A stretch of DNA of 62,779 nucleotides, counting the filler, from Globobulimina sp. (lineage: Eukaryota), in assembly GCA_003354225.1 (NCBI GenBank). It is 45 parts of 45 records of this genome, joined end to end, with 100 filler letters (N's around TTAATTAATTAA, not from the genome) between each part and the next. Parts side by side here need not be neighbours in the genome. Positions count along the whole stretch, not along the records: positions 47,519 to 48,815 come from PIVH01019189.1; positions 48,916 to 50,212 come from PIVH01019190.1; positions 50,313 to 51,609 come from PIVH01019191.1; positions 51,710 to 53,006 come from PIVH01019192.1; positions 53,107 to 54,403 come from PIVH01019193.1; positions 54,504 to 55,799 come from PIVH01019194.1; positions 55,900 to 57,195 come from PIVH01019195.1; positions 57,296 to 58,591 come from PIVH01019196.1; 37 more parts are not named here. One strand, 5' to 3'. The position numbers and the translations under genes were made by a program. Positions 48,231 through 61,483 of the stretch are shown in pieces; the stretch's first letter is position 1; each line of letters opens with the position of its first letter. The notes beneath the pieces were generated by a model. That model had not been told where the DNA came from, made no database searches, and was given only the letters and a program-made list of their open reading frames with translations.

Positions 48231-48624
48231 GCTAAACTCACTTTGAATTATTTAAGTATTACAAAAAAAAAGAAGTAAAGTGCTCGATAAGTGGGAACTC
48301 TTTCATTTTCATTTTACTTGTTTTGTGAATCAATCAGTTGACGGTTTCTCCTGTTTCTCCGCTTGCAATGCACCAAATTAGCTTGGTTAACAAAAATGAA
48401 ATTAATAATTCATTATCAAAAAAATAACATTATTGAGGATATTATCAATAAATCAGTTGTTATGTCTGAGAATAAAGCAAGAAATGATTAATGAACAAAA
48501 TATAAGGAGTTGGATGAAGTAATAAACTGTTGTTCATATCTCGTCAACCAAACCAAAAGGAAGTAATAATAAAATAATACACAATTACTAGTATCTGCAT
48601 AATTATAAAAAACTATAAAATCTA

Positions 48625-48815
48625 TTACAAATTATTAGCTTGTTTAAAAATATTAATTTCTTTTTTGAGTTTATCATCGTCAAATAACATGAATGACATT
48701 TCATCCTTGCCGTCACACACTTCATTTGTAACTGGTGACTTATGATATTGTTTGAGATGTGCTACGATGGCATCTTTATCATATGTATGTCCATCAAATG
48801 CAATCACCGGATTCT
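48625..48815 (-). CDS. C-terminal U-box domain (E3 ligase), 5' truncated
   Basis: NPVIAFDGHTYDKDAI..HL....KSPVTNE. Confidence 0.8.
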
Positions 48816-49010
48816 NNNNNNNNNNNNNNNNNNNNNNNNNNNNNNNNNNNNNNNNNNNNTTAATTAATTAANNNNNNNNNNNNNNNNNNNNNNNNNNNNN
48901 NNNNNNNNNNNNNNNTTGATGATCACAGTTAGATGAAAAAAGATTTTGCAAAACAATGCATGTCAAGAAATATGCGATCTGAAAACTTTAACGTTGTACA
49001 TTAAATTGGT

Positions 49011-49026
49011 GGTGTTGAAAAACACC
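49011..49026 (-). promoter_or_regulatory. Histone mRNA 3' stem-loop of H3
   Basis: GGTGTT-TTTC-AACACC (6-bp stem, 4-nt loop) followed by ACCAA, ~53 nt after the H3 stop. Confidence 0.85.
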
Positions 49027-49079
49027 TGGTAAAAAATAAAGAGAATATTTACAAAGATAAATAAGACGCGATTAATAAT

Positions 49080-49484
49080 TTAATTTCCTCTTAATCGTTT
49101 TGCCAAAGCAATATCTTTTCCCATAATAGTAACTCGTTTGGCATGAATTGCGGCCAAATTGGTATCTTCAAACATTGACACCATATATGCCTCGGTGGCT
49201 TCTTGTAATGCAATGATGGCAGTTGCTTGAAAGCGTAAATCATTTTTAAAATCACCAGCAATCTCTCTTACTAATCTCTGGAATGGCAACTTTCTCAATA
49301 ATAATTCCGTTGATTTCTGATATCTGCGGATCTCTCTCAAAGCAACAGTTCCTGGTCGGAATCTATGCGTTTTCTTAACTCCTCCGGTTGCTGGCGCCGA
49401 TTTTCTGGCTGCTTTGGTTGCTAACTGTTTTCTTGGTGCTTTGCCACCAGTCGATTTGCGCGCTGTTTGTTTGGTTCTGGCCAT
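49080..49484 (-). CDS. H3: Histone H3
   Basis: [31 protein letters not shown]; complete and intronless. Confidence 0.99.
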   Translation of the reverse strand: MARTKQTARKSTGGKAPRKQLATKAARKSAPATGGVKKTHRFRPGTVALREIRRYQKSTELLLRKLPFQRLVREIAGDFKNDLRFQATAIIALQEATEAYMVSMFEDTNLAAIHAKRVTIMGKDIALAKRLRGN

Positions 49485-49838
49485 TTTATATAAATATATA
49501 TATCAACAATTAATTAATAAATAAATCTAAAAGAAAGTGTTTTGGGATTGATTTTGTGAATTAAGGTTTGATGGTTTGTTGTTGTTAAAAAGTTAAAAAA
49601 GCGATTCAGTTTTCCTTTTCACGCAGATATTCTCCATTAAACATTATTGGCTATTCACGATGAATATAACTTTGGATTAATCTTTCTTTAACGTTTCTAG
49701 GTTTTCACTTAAGTCACGTCACACTACAAACATCAGAAACAAGTCACGATATAAATTAAATTTGGATTTGGATTACTGTTTTATTGATTGATTGATTGTT
49801 TATGTTTATGTTTATAGGAATGTTTTATTGCAATTGGT

Positions 49839-49854
49839 GGTGTTGAAAAACACC
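49839..49854 (-). promoter_or_regulatory. Histone mRNA 3' stem-loop of H2B
   Basis: Identical GGTGTTTTTCAACACC-ACCAA ~37 nt after the H2B stop. Confidence 0.85.
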
Positions 49855-49891
49855 TGGTGAAAAATAAAAAATTGATTGATTGGGAAATAAT

Positions 49892-50209
49892 TTATTGTGC
49901 ATATTTGTTGACTGCTTTGCTTGCCTCAGTTTCAGCATGTTTTGATAGCTCGCCTGGTAGTACCAATTTGCAGGCACACTGAACTGCTCTGGCGTCCATT
50001 GTGGCTTTTTTATTATATTTGACAATATTGGCTGCTTCGGCTGCGATCCGATCAAATGTGTCATGCACAAATCCATTCATTACATTCATGGCTCTTTTGC
50101 TCATTCCAATGTCGGGATGCACCTGTTTCAAAACCTTAAAAATATAAATGTTGAATGTCTCCTTTCTTTTTCTGTTATATTTTCTGTCTGTTGCTGTTTT
50201 GGCCGACAT
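49892..50209 (-). CDS. H2B: Histone H2B
   Basis: [29 protein letters not shown]...[11 protein letters not shown]; start lies at the contig edge. Confidence 0.97.
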   Translation of the reverse strand: MSAKTATDRKYNRKRKETFNIYIFKVLKQVHPDIGMSKRAMNVMNGFVHDTFDRIAAEAANIVKYNKKATMDARAVQCACKLVLPGELSKHAETEASKAVNKYAQ

Positions 50210-50757
50210 TCTNNNNNNNNNNNNNNNNNNNNNNNNNNNNNNNNNNNNNNNNNNNNTTAATTAATTAANNNNNNNNNNNNNNNNNNNNNNNNNNNNNNNN
50301 NNNNNNNNNNNNAATGATTGCCTAAAATATGTAAAATTAACTGTTTTGTTAACATTGTGCAAAATCAGCAAATCAGCAAATATGAAAAATCAGCAAATAC
50401 GCAAAATCAGCAAACTCGGCAAAATATAAATTGATGGAAATTTCTTGTTTGAATAGTTTGGAAGGAATGGACTTTTTACGGTTTTGAAGCTTTTTGAGAA
50501 ATCAAGATATTTACATTTTTACAAATTCAACAAAAAAAAGGGTAGATGGTATCGAAAATGGTAATATTTGTTGGATGTAAAGCTGATCTATCTGTAGATA
50601 GTCGGGAAATCTAGCTGTTGAACAAAAAGCAAGACACATGATGGAGTGAACAAAATATGAAAGGGAATAACTCTCTGCCTCTACGGCAGACTTTTATAAA
50701 ATAGATTTTTACGATAAAGCAAAAATCCCTACTAGACTTCAGTTCAACTCAGCAAAC

Positions 50758-51609
50758 ATGGAAAGCATAATAAGTCAAACGTTAATAACAATATTATTGA
50801 GTTCTCAACCAGTATTCTCAACAAATCTTTGCCTCTATGGCAGAGTTGGCCTAAACTCAATAATAAACGGACTTTATATTGAGGAAAATATATATGACAA
50901 CAAACCATATTATAAAAAAACAGGAGGCTCTTGTGGAACCTGGTATATGTACTGGAGAGCCAATAAATGGGTCATTGATACCACATTAAGTAGTTCTGGT
51001 AACTATTATGCGCATTGTGGCGAATCAAGCACAGCATCTAATTGTCATACATGGTATGTATCCAATGGCGCATCGTTTGTATTGGATTCCAGTGTGCAAC
51101 TTTCCCTCAATTCATGTCCATCATGGAACTGTGATGCGATAACAATCCCCAATGCACCAAATAACTGTGGCTCGTTTGATGAAAACCTTGGCAACGGGCT
51201 ATGGAAAGATTCCAATGCTGCTCGATGGTGGTATTTTGATGATTTTTATTTTAGATGGTTTTGTGCAGATCATCCACCGACATATTCGTGTTCTGCTGAT
51301 ACTTATCCCGCGTATCTGCAGCCAGGATGGACAGACTTATCCAAAGGGCAAAGTGCATCCATGCAGATGGAGTCTCCCAATACAGATTTTTATACAGTAA
51401 ACTGCATAGATAACAATCCGCCGCCGTCTAATCCCCCAACCTATGCCCCGACTAGCTTAGCTCCAACAAATCAGCCAAGTACATCCCCAACAAAATCCCC
51501 CAGCAATTCCCCGACTAGTTTGGCTCCAACAAACCAGCCAAGCATATCTCCAACAAAATTGCCAACCGTATCTCCAACAAAATTGCCAAGCAATGCGCCA
51601 ACCACTTCA
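50758..51609 (+). CDS. Secreted Cys/Trp-rich protein with PT/PS mucin-like stalk, 3' truncated
   Basis: Signal peptide; NGLY...DNKPYY...YMYW..NKWVI domain; repeated PTNQPS/PTKLP. Confidence 0.75.
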
Positions 51610-51709
51610 NNNNNNNNNNNNNNNNNNNNNNNNNNNNNNNNNNNNNNNNNNNNTTAATTAATTAANNNNNNNNNNNNNNNNNNNNNNNNNNNNNNNNNNN
51701 NNNNNNNNN

Positions 51710-52010
51710 CGTATTCCTGATTTATTGTTTCTGTAAATCCTGCACATTCACCACCTCCTTCTAAAAATACATGATATTTTGTAACACCATCACCAAAACC
51801 TGGCCGCCAATAAAAAGCACCTGGACTACCATCTAAACACATTGCTCCATCATTATTTTGTGCGTCATGTAAATAAACTCTTGTTCCCGCTGTTCTTATT
51901 TCGCCATAAACAGCCTCATATTCTTCTAAACTATCGTAATCAATGAATGCTGGGCACTCACTATAAGCTAATACAAATAAAAGAAAGTAGACAAAAAATA
52001 ATTGAACCAT
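51710..52010 (-). CDS. Pectin acetylesterase / Notum family, N-terminal part
   Basis: Signal peptide; AMCLDGSPGAFYWRPG...HVFLEGGGEC. Confidence 0.85.
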
Positions 52011-52184
52011 GACTAAAAATTAAAAAAAAGATTTAGGTTGTTCATGGTCGCAAAATGTATCCTTACCATTTGCTTGTTATTGATCACAACATCGTATACA
52101 TTTCCGTCATTCGGTCAATTGCATGCAACTATTTGCATTTCAATAATTATTTTATTAGCCATAGATTTTAAGAATAATGAACAC

Positions 52185-53006
52185 ATGAAAACCAAAGGAA
52201 TTATGCTAACCATATTGTATTTAGCCTCATCATCAAATGCCGTCTTTTATCAAAGTTTGCATGCTCCAGACCCAGCTACCAATCAAAACTACGGGAGCGC
52301 GGTTGCTGTATTCAATAACACTGCATTCGTAGGCGCCAAACAAGATAATTTTCCCATTGGCTCAGCATATGTGCTCCGCAAAAACACCACCAACCAATGG
52401 CAACAATTACAAAAATTAGCACCTAGTGACAGTGGAGGCGGTTTTGGTGAATCCTTATCATTTGATGGAGAGAATAATGTGTTAATTGTAGGAGCATTGA
52501 GGCATAATAATTACCGTGGTGCGGTATATATATTTACAGAAACAAATGGAGTTTGGGCAGAACACCAAATATTAACTCCATCCATTACACAAAGCTACTG
52601 CGGAACGGATGTGGCAATAAGTAAAAACGTGATAGTTATTGGTTGTCCGTTTGATGAGACTATGGGATATAGAAACGGCGCTATTTATGTGTATGAATAT
52701 GATGCTGCGGCCGGTAACTGGTCACAAGCAGCTCAAGTATTTGCAAATGACTTCATTTATAATGATAACTTCGGTGGTACTGTGGATATCGACGATGGAG
52801 TGATCGTGGCTGGGTCAAGGCTGTGGGGCGCAGACCCGATATACCAAGGCGCTGCATATATTATCGAAAAGGATGCGACCTTCAACACATGGGATATAAC
52901 ACACCGGTTAGCTCCAACTGTAGCAAGCGGCAATGCTATGTTTGGCGCTGCAGTGTCGATTGACAGTGCGACCAATACCATTGCCGTGGGGGCAGATTGG
53001 GCTTTA
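52185..53006 (+). CDS. Secreted FG-GAP repeat (integrin-alpha-like beta-propeller) protein, 3' truncated
   Basis: Repeated YG/FG..V....VGA......GA(V/A)Y(I/V)....W....L units. Confidence 0.85.
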
Positions 53007-53401
53007 NNNNNNNNNNNNNNNNNNNNNNNNNNNNNNNNNNNNNNNNNNNNTTAATTAATTAANNNNNNNNNNNNNNNNNNNNNNNNNNNNNNNNNNNNNN
53101 NNNNNNATCCCTTTGCATCCAGCAAAAAGCTGGGGATTTGCTTTATGAATCGCAGCATATAAATTACAGCGAAGAGTACCAATACAATCGCAGCATATAA
53201 ATTACACGCATACAAGCAAAAAAATACAAAAGTTTTTTTACATACAAATTTACCAACAAATCCACTTCACTCGAAGTAAACAACAAAAACAAGAAGCGAT
53301 CGAAAAAGAAAGGGCCAGACATATATAAAAATGTAACGTTAACGTAAATAATAATAATTTGCGTTTCATAATTTAAATTTTAATTATATTTTTTCCTGAG
53401 A

Positions 53402-54403
53402 ATGTTTGTAAATAAATCATTGTTTGAGGATGAAAAACAAAATGAAGTACAAAATGATTATATAACGCAGCAACAACGACCACCATCATCATCATCATCA
53501 GCATTAAATACAAGGCAAAAATTAGCAGAAAGACGGAAATTAATTTCATCAAAACATAAAACAAGAAATGCGACAAAACGAAAAATTATAACAAAAACAA
53601 ATGTTGATACCCATTACAATACAAATTATTATGTTCATAATACAAATTTAAATAGTAATCTTAATAAAAAACATCAAAAGATAACAGAAGAAGATGATTC
53701 AAATTCAATTATATTCGATTTAGGTGCTGCTCAAAACAACACATCAAACATATCATATTCATCGCGACAAAGTGAACCAGATTCAAATTCAATACAAAAT
53801 ATCCAAATTATTGATAATTATAGTTCTCCCGACACGGATTTATCAAATAGTTCATTATCAACCAATAATAATAATGAGATTGGAGACATATATAAATTTT
53901 TAACATCGCCAGTTGCTAAAAATAAAATAATTCAAACATATATTATACGAAATAAATCAGGAATTTCCAACCGTTTATATCCATCATATTGCGTATATTT
54001 GAAAGATACAAAACATTTCTTAATGTTTGCAAAAAAAAGACAAAACAATCGTACATCAAATTACATCATTAGTACAGATGCAAGAAATATTAATAAAAAT
54101 AATAAAAAAACCTATTTAGGGAAAGTTCGAGGCAATTTTGTTGGCACTGAATTTGTAATTTATGATAATGGTCGGTCTCCAAAGCAAGAAATTCAAAATA
54201 ATGAAAGTTTGCGATCGGAGTTAGGTTCAATATTATATGAAACAAATATTTTAGGAACAAAAGGACCACGTAAAATGACCATAATATTGCCACGTTTAAA
54301 AACAATAAATACACCAAAATGGCAACAAACAGATGTTACATCATCGACATGTTCATCAATGTTAATGTCAACCTATAAACAAAATGATAGTAATTTATCA
54401 AGT
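53402..54403 (+). CDS. Tubby-like protein, 3' truncated
   Basis: LYPSY, FLMFAKKR...TSNYIIS, YLGKVRGNFVGTEFVIYDNG, YETNILGTKGPRKM. Confidence 0.95.
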
Positions 54404-54842
54404 NNNNNNNNNNNNNNNNNNNNNNNNNNNNNNNNNNNNNNNNNNNNTTAATTAATTAANNNNNNNNNNNNNNNNNNNNNNNNNNNNNNNNNNNNNNNNN
54501 NNNATATAACATTAAGAAAGGAAACAATTATTGATATTAAATGTGGCAGACATCATAATATTGTTAAAACAGCGGATAATAAATATTATTTATGGGGATT
54601 TAATGGATATAACCAATGTTTATATGTTCATGATGCCAATCCGCCATCAAATATTAAGAAACCATTACTATTTAATTCAAATTATTTTGATAAAGATGAA
54701 GAAATACTTGATATGTATCCGGGATGTAATGAAACACGAATAATAATTGGTAATTGTAAACCAAATATACGAAGATGAAAAAGACAAACTGGCCTAAAAG
54801 TTTAACATTGAAAATCTAAGTAAAAAAACCTCAGACCTAACC

Positions 54843-55799
54843 ATGCTTTACGTTTTGTTCACGCTTATTCATTTAACGGTTTCCAGTGTCTTAGAAAGAC
54901 CAGAGCATCATAACCATGCATGGAAACGACTAAATAGAGCAGATTTATCTGGCGGGATCGATTTAATATTTGCGTTAAAACAACAAAATGTTGAACTACT
55001 TCGCCACACATTACTTGAAGTATCAACACCATCGAGTGACCGTTATGGGGTGCATTTAACCATGGATCAAGTTCAAGAAATGGTTAAACCAACGGATGAG
55101 ACTGTCGATACGGTCAAACAATGGTTAATCTCATCTGGCATCCAACCATCTGACATTGAAACAGTAACACCCGATTTCTTAAGAGTAAGGTAAATAAAAT
55201 ATTTTTCTACATATATATATTCCAAATATAATACAAAAATACAGCACAACAATTGGTTTCGCAGAACAATTACTATCCTGCAACTATTACAATTACAAAA
55301 ACGACCGTTACCCCGACACAATGGTAGCGCGCGTCGACCATACCATGGATTACCAAGTCCCTCCGTCCATCCTCAACCACTTAGATTTCATCAGTCCCAC
55401 CAAACGTTTCCCAGCTCCACTCACTGTCAACTTCACCAGTCCGCAGTCTCCAGACGCTGCCGTGACCCCAGCTTTCTTGCGTAGTCTCTACAGTGTCGGC
55501 AGCACCGTTGGAAAAAGCAAGAGCAACATCCAGGCCATTGCTTCCTTCTTAGAACAGTACTGGAACGAGAACGACCTTGCTACGTTCTGGACGCGTCAAA
55601 ACATCGCACCTGCGACTATCACCAAAGTGCCTGACAGCCAGCCCAGTGGCCACGGCATTGAGGCCGAATTGGACATCCAATATATCACGGCGATGGGGCA
55701 ACAAATCCCCACTCAAACCTGGTACACTGCCGGTCGCGCCCCCAACAATGCCGCAAATGAGCCCTTTTTAACGTGGTTGACTGGCATCGAAGCTGCGGC
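54843..55799 (+). CDS. TPP1: Tripeptidyl-peptidase I / sedolisin (S53) with prodomain; intron 55190-55244; 3' truncated
   Basis: FALKQQN...EVSTPSSDRYG.HLT prodomain; VTPAFLRSLY; catalytic EAELDIQY. Confidence 0.9.
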
Positions 55800-56098
55800 N
55801 NNNNNNNNNNNNNNNNNNNNNNNNNNNNNNNNNNNNNNNNNNNTTAATTAATTAANNNNNNNNNNNNNNNNNNNNNNNNNNNNNNNNNNNNNNNNNNNNT
55901 ACAGTTAGAGATGCAGTTTTTCTAAAAAACTATTTAAAATAAACTGCTCTGAGTTCTATGCTACAACAAATGCGATTGGACATCAAATGAAAGAAGAATT
56001 GAGAGATATCGATGAAGAGAAAGCAGACCATCCTCTACAAAGATTTGGAACTGTTTAATATGTTTATTTTTTATTGTTTTTTTCCGAAATAATAACGG

Positions 56099-57190
56099 TT
56101 AATAATCGGAATCATCATACAAATGATACCATTCATCTTCATCTTGGATATCAGTGGTATTTGGGCAACAAACAGTGCACGGATAAGTAACATTTTCATA
56201 CCAAAATACTCGATTATTTGATTGACCCAAACCTTCATAATACCGTTTAAACGCTGTTGCTTGAGAATAACCATCAATATTTAATCCAGTCCAATAAATA
56301 GGTGATATCGCGTCATGATGATAACAACCATCAATAAAAGCTCCATAAATTTGTGTATTCCGATTTAAAAAGGAAGTGATTAATATTCGACTAAAATTCT
56401 GTCCATATTCATTTAACAATGTTGCATTTGAAGTACCTGTTCCTAATATAGAAGAGGCCTGAAATGAATCATATTGAGAATTCAATACAAATGTTGCTAT
56501 TTCATTATCTCCGGCAATGTTTTGTGGAAATATACATTCAGAATCATTCAAGACATCATTGTCGAAGCACGCAGGATCTATGATTGACGATGAGATATTT
56601 TGCATCGTATAAAGCTGTTGCATGTGTGCTGCCCATTGAGTTTTACCATTCCAGCCATTGTATTCAATGAAAAATCCAACATCGGGCATGCTGACCAATT
56701 TGGTTTGTTTCAAATCAAAAAACTTCTTTGCAATGTAATTGGAATGAATAAAAGCAGAAAGACCTCCGGCTGATCCACCACCAATGACAAAATCTGTGGC
56801 GTTGGATAGACCATACTTATTTGTTAAACTTTCAAACAATGCATTTAATATTCTTTTTCCTCGATAGTACATAATTTGCGATGAATTCTGAGGATTTATA
56901 ATTGGATCTGTCACATCTCCCGCATATGAAGCACCATCACAATATCGCAGAAACACTTTATTCCAATTATAAAATAAGGGACTTGTACTTGAATCATTCC
57001 CTAAAAACCCAATTTTATTCATATCTGTTGTGGCAGGATCAGCTTTTGTTGATCCTGATGGCCCACTCCATCTCGAAAAACACTGTCCTTCATTAAAGCA
57101 CCACCCACCACCTTGGAAAAATAACACATATTTCCTTGATTCTTCACCGGCAGCAAAGTAATAATTGCCAGGTGTTCCATCTTTGGAGTT
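56099..57190 (-). CDS. Pectin acetylesterase / Notum family hydrolase
   Basis: DGTPGNYY, FQGGGWC, NWNKVFLRYCDGAS, GGSAGG nucleophile motif, NSQYDSFQ, CYHH. Confidence 0.92.
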   Translation of the reverse strand, partial: NSKDGTPGNYYFAAGEESRKYVLFFQGGGWCFNEGQCFSRWSGPSGSTKADPATTDMNKIGFLGNDSSTSPLFYNWNKVFLRYCDGASYAGDVTDPIINPQNSSQIMYYRGKRILNALFESLTNKYGLSNATDFVIGGGSAGGLSAFIHSNYIAKKFFDLKQTKLVSMPDVGFFIEYNGWNGKTQWAAHMQQLYTMQNISSSIIDPACFDNDVLNDSECIFPQNIAGDNEIATFVLNSQYDSFQASSILGTGTSNATLLNEYGQNFSRILITSFLNRNTQIYGAFIDGCYHHDAISPIYWTGLNIDGYSQATAFKRYYEGLGQSNNRVFWYENVTYPCTVCCPNTTDIQDEDEWYHLYDDSDY

Positions 57191-57295
57191 TAAATNNNNN
57201 NNNNNNNNNNNNNNNNNNNNNNNNNNNNNNNNNNNNNNNTTAATTAATTAANNNNNNNNNNNNNNNNNNNNNNNNNNNNNNNNNNNNNNNNNNNN

Positions 57296-58046
57296 TACAA
57301 AAATCAATTAACTCTTCAAATAAAAATGACACAAAACGTATTCCAAATAAAACAAAAAAGAGTTGTTGTTCTTTCGCAGTTATGTCATATTCATCTAAAT
57401 GTTGGCTATTATAAAATAATACAGCAGCATACAATCCGTATAATATAAAACCAATATAAATTGATAACCGATTGACGATCCATATTTTTACTATAAATTC
57501 TAAAACATCATAAAAAATTTCAAGAGCAACTACAGAAAACATCCATTTATTATCAGTTATCATATTTAGAAAATCAAACTTTCCACCCCCTGACGTACAT
57601 ATTGCCAAAATTAATGCAACCAACATCGCATAATCTAATATTCTCCATACTAAATAAAATGAGGTCAAAAGGCGATATTTGCGAGTTGTTAACATGCCTA
57701 ATATTAAAGTTGTGATATGGTCAACAGCTTTGGCATAATTAGTATCAAAATCATTCTCAGAATCAAAGCCTAACATATAATGTGAAAAATAAAATATTCT
57801 CGTTTCATGCATCAACATAATATCACCTCTGCAACTTCGAGCTGCCATCAAAACTGTATTTTGATTATTAAAAAATGGTTGTGTGGCACGTAGATTATTC
57901 TTGAATTCGTCTCGTTGACGTTGTTTTATAACTGTCATAATGGCGTGACTTTTTTTCTCCTCAACCTCTTGATTGCCGGCATTTATTCCTAAAGAATTGG
58001 ATTTAGAAAGAGAAACATTTAATAACCGCCTCTTGCTTGCCGCCAT
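57296..58046 (-). CDS. Multi-pass membrane hypothetical protein, 3' truncated
   Basis: Likely start MAASKRR; four or more TM helices. Confidence 0.55.
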
Positions 58047-58691
58047 TATTCCCAAAAATGCGAGTTTCGAAAAACTTAAAGAAAACTGTTTGATAAATTT
58101 CCGAGGATGAAACTTACTCCAAAAAAAAATATAATAAATAATTAGTGTATTAAGAAACATGCGCAATGATGAAAAAGATAGATACCATACGCACTCACAA
58201 AAATATATAATATTAGTAATGACAAAAGTAAAAAAGTATATATATTTAAAAGCAAAAGTTTAAGGAATTTCAATGGATGTAGTATCGGCTGACTGTACTG
58301 GTTTGGAATCATTCGGTTTATTCACTTTACTGTTGGTGCCGTCATCATAATCATGGAAATCCAACTGATTCTCTAATTGATTCTCAATTTCTTTTCCCAT
58401 ATGCTTTGGAATTGAACAACAAATATTATCCAAGACCCCGCACGGTTTGCATAATTTAGTATAAAATGCATCATTCCATGAAAACATAAGAAATAAACTT
58501 CAAAATACCAATTAAAGTGTCAATCAATTAAGTTTTTTTTGTTTTGAGTCTCTATGGAAATTCTGTTACATTTCAGAAACAATTGTAATAANNNNNNNNN
58601 NNNNNNNNNNNNNNNNNNNNNNNNNNNNNNNNNNNTTAATTAATTAANNNNNNNNNNNNNNNNNNNNNNNNNNNNNNNNNNNNNNNNNNNN

Positions 58692-59340
58692 CTCCCAAGG
58701 CAAAGCACGAAATTCCAGCATCGGTCGGTCTGATTTTAACAACACATCCATCACATTCACCGGGATCACAATACAATTCACCAATTCGTACGTTTAAGCC
58801 AAGAATAATCTGCATATTATTGCACGAACCAGGCCCCGAACACTCAATCTTTTCAATTTCGATCATATGGCCACCAAATTGTTGATTATCAATGGCAAAT
58901 ATAACACCTTCGCAGGCGCCCTTCATCAGTCCTTTGCGACCTTCTTTGCAAAATATACCATCAAACATTTCAACGTCGGCCGTTTGTTGGGTGAGAAAAA
59001 TAGTGATATTGGAATCTGAGCAAGAACCGGCCACTTCGCATTGAAATCGAAACGAATCCTGGACATTGTAAATCTGAGTCACCACATTGGCGCAACTACC
59101 AGCTCGGTAACAAAAATGCTCTTCCATGCCTTGTGGGAATGGTTGGATATTTACGAGATATGAATTTGTATTTGGTTGTGGCACTACAGCTGCTGGTGCT
59201 TGCGGTAATGGCTGTGGTTGGTAGTATGGCTGGGCCCCTGCTGGTCGTACGTAGACGGCTGGCACGTATTGTTGAAGCAATCTCTTTGCGGAGGCTGAAC
59301 TAATTATGAATAATATCGATAATATCATGTTTTGTATCAT
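58692..59340 (-). CDS. Secreted Cys-rich repeat protein with P/Q-rich N-terminus
   Basis: Signal peptide followed by RLL; repeated C...GSC/GAC units. Confidence 0.7.
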
Positions 59341-59616
59341 GTTTGTTAATAGCGGCTTTATCGTTGTAGTACAAAAGTAACGTTGAGAGTGAGAGGATGG
59401 AAAAGGAGGTGTAAGTGATGTTGATTTTTTAGTAGAGACTTGAGTGACTGACTCACTTTAAATCTTCTGCGCGAATTATTGTCAAGTGACATTGAATTGA
59501 TATTTGTGTGTTCCTCATTGATGTCTGATGCTTGTGATTCATCGGTATCAGAACCAGAGACGTTAAATCAAAATAAAATAAAATAAAAACAAAATGTCTA
59601 ACAAATAAACTTTCAA

Positions 59617-59987
59617 TCATTTAATATATACATATTTTACTATCATATCAGTGAGCATTGGTACATAATGATTTAATGCCATATCTATTGAAATATCACT
59701 AAACGGAGTGTACACTGTTTCCAACCGTTTCTGTCCTCCGCCAATCATATCCCTCGCAGTCATAGTAACGTTTGCAAATTCTTGAACCAACAATGGTGGG
59801 AAGCTCAAATTTGCCGCAGATATCACCTTCCTGGCTCGTGCAGTATCAATCAATCCAATTATACACATTGTGATTGATACATTAGAGTTTGGGTTCGCAC
59901 TTATTTCCTTTCTCAAGCTTCGAAAAATCCATTCAATGCAAACTTACCCGACACATAAACTGCTCTCTTGGGTAAGGATAGTTTGCC
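59617..59987 (-). CDS. SDR dehydrogenase C-terminus (11-beta-HSD1-like), with one frameshift near 59918
   Basis: AVYVSGKFALNGFFEA (YxxxK), then in another frame LRKE...NVSITMCIIGLIDT. Confidence 0.7.
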
Positions 59988-60499
59988 NNNNNNNNNNNNN
60001 NNNNNNNNNNNNNNNNNNNNNNNNNNNNNNNTTAATTAATTAANNNNNNNNNNNNNNNNNNNNNNNNNNNNNNNNNNNNNNNNNNNNAAAAAAAAGAAAA
60101 ACACGTACACACATTCGATGAGATTTTTATAATCTGTTATATCACAAATTAATTATATGTATACATTACATGAGTTCAAAACATTTTGATTTTTGGTGAT
60201 TTGTACATGTTTTAATAATATAGGACGTTTTTAAAATTAGAATATACAAAAAGACAAACATATATAATAATTAATACTTATTAGTACTTTAAATTGTTGA
60301 GCCAGACGAGCAGTGATTTGATGCAGTTTTTTCTGCATTTGGTGATTTTTTATTTGATGCCTTCTCCACATTTGGCGACATACTTTTACTTTTAGCCTCA
60401 ATTTGCATTGAAAGCTGCAGTACATCATTCTGGCGAATCTGATATCTATCACCTAAACAACACAAATATTTGGATAATAACATAATTTCTTATAATATT

Positions 60500-61103
60500 T
60501 ATCATAATGTTTTTTAAAAAATGCAATACAAATTGCATTAACCACCCAATCAATTTCTATTAATGATTCTATGCCAACAGTAACAGCAAATGAATACAAT
60601 GGAAGTATAATAAATGTGGTCGATACACTTATTATTGCAATGATCTCATATTTCCATCATCTGTGGATATGGGGTTATTTTTTCACAAACAAATAGAATG
60701 TTAATGTAGACATAAACAAATCGAGTAAAACAACAGTAACTGTCAATAATAATGGTACGGATAGTTGACATTTTTTTGTTGCAATGTCATAATATGAATG
60801 GACTGTATGTTCATAAACATAACAAATACACAACGAAACAGAAAATATAACAACAGTAATGAATAATGTTAATAATAGTTTTGGTGGATATTGAAGAATC
60901 GGTGACGCTGCAAATATAATATGCAATCGAACGATAAATATCAAATAATATGTTCCTCTGCCTATAAAATACAAATGAATGAACCATATTCTGTATATAT
61001 TTGGAGCCATTTGGAGGACATATGTTATGTATACGACCATTGCTAATGAACTGAATATTTTAGCATATCCATTTCTGAGTGAAATATAATGCGAACATGA
61101 CAA
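60500..61103 (-). CDS. Multi-pass (7TM/GPCR-like) membrane protein, disrupted or spliced
   Basis: Successive TM helices, FIVRLHIIF...LQYP, LLDLFMS; more TM-coding sequence past the stop at 60675. Confidence 0.45.
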
Positions 61104-61483
61104 ACTGGTCGCAACAACTAAAAAAAAAGTTTTTAATTAAATTGTTAATGAAGTATTCAAATTTGTTAATAAAAAGACAAATCGGTCGTAGTCATAAGTT
61201 GAGATTTAGATCACTTGTGGTAATGATTAACATATCGTTGGAAAGCTAAAGGAAATCGGTTCGATTTGCATGGTTGTATTTTAGTTTTTGGTGTATTTTT
61301 ATTGCTATACAAAGCGAAATGTCGTTCATTTTTATTCATTATTTATGTTTCATTTTTTTTTTAAATAATACATGCGACATAAANNNNNNNNNNNNNNNNN
61401 NNNNNNNNNNNNNNNNNNNNNNNNNNNTTAATTAATTAANNNNNNNNNNNNNNNNNNNNNNNNNNNNNNNNNNNNNNNNNNNN

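Noticed and set aside
50360-50425. AAAATCAGCA short repeats
   Set aside because: Simple low-complexity microrepeat with no further structure
1299-61483. Regularly spaced TTAATTAATTAA palindrome as a biological repeat array
   Set aside because: Always embedded in N runs between contigs; it is a concatenation linker
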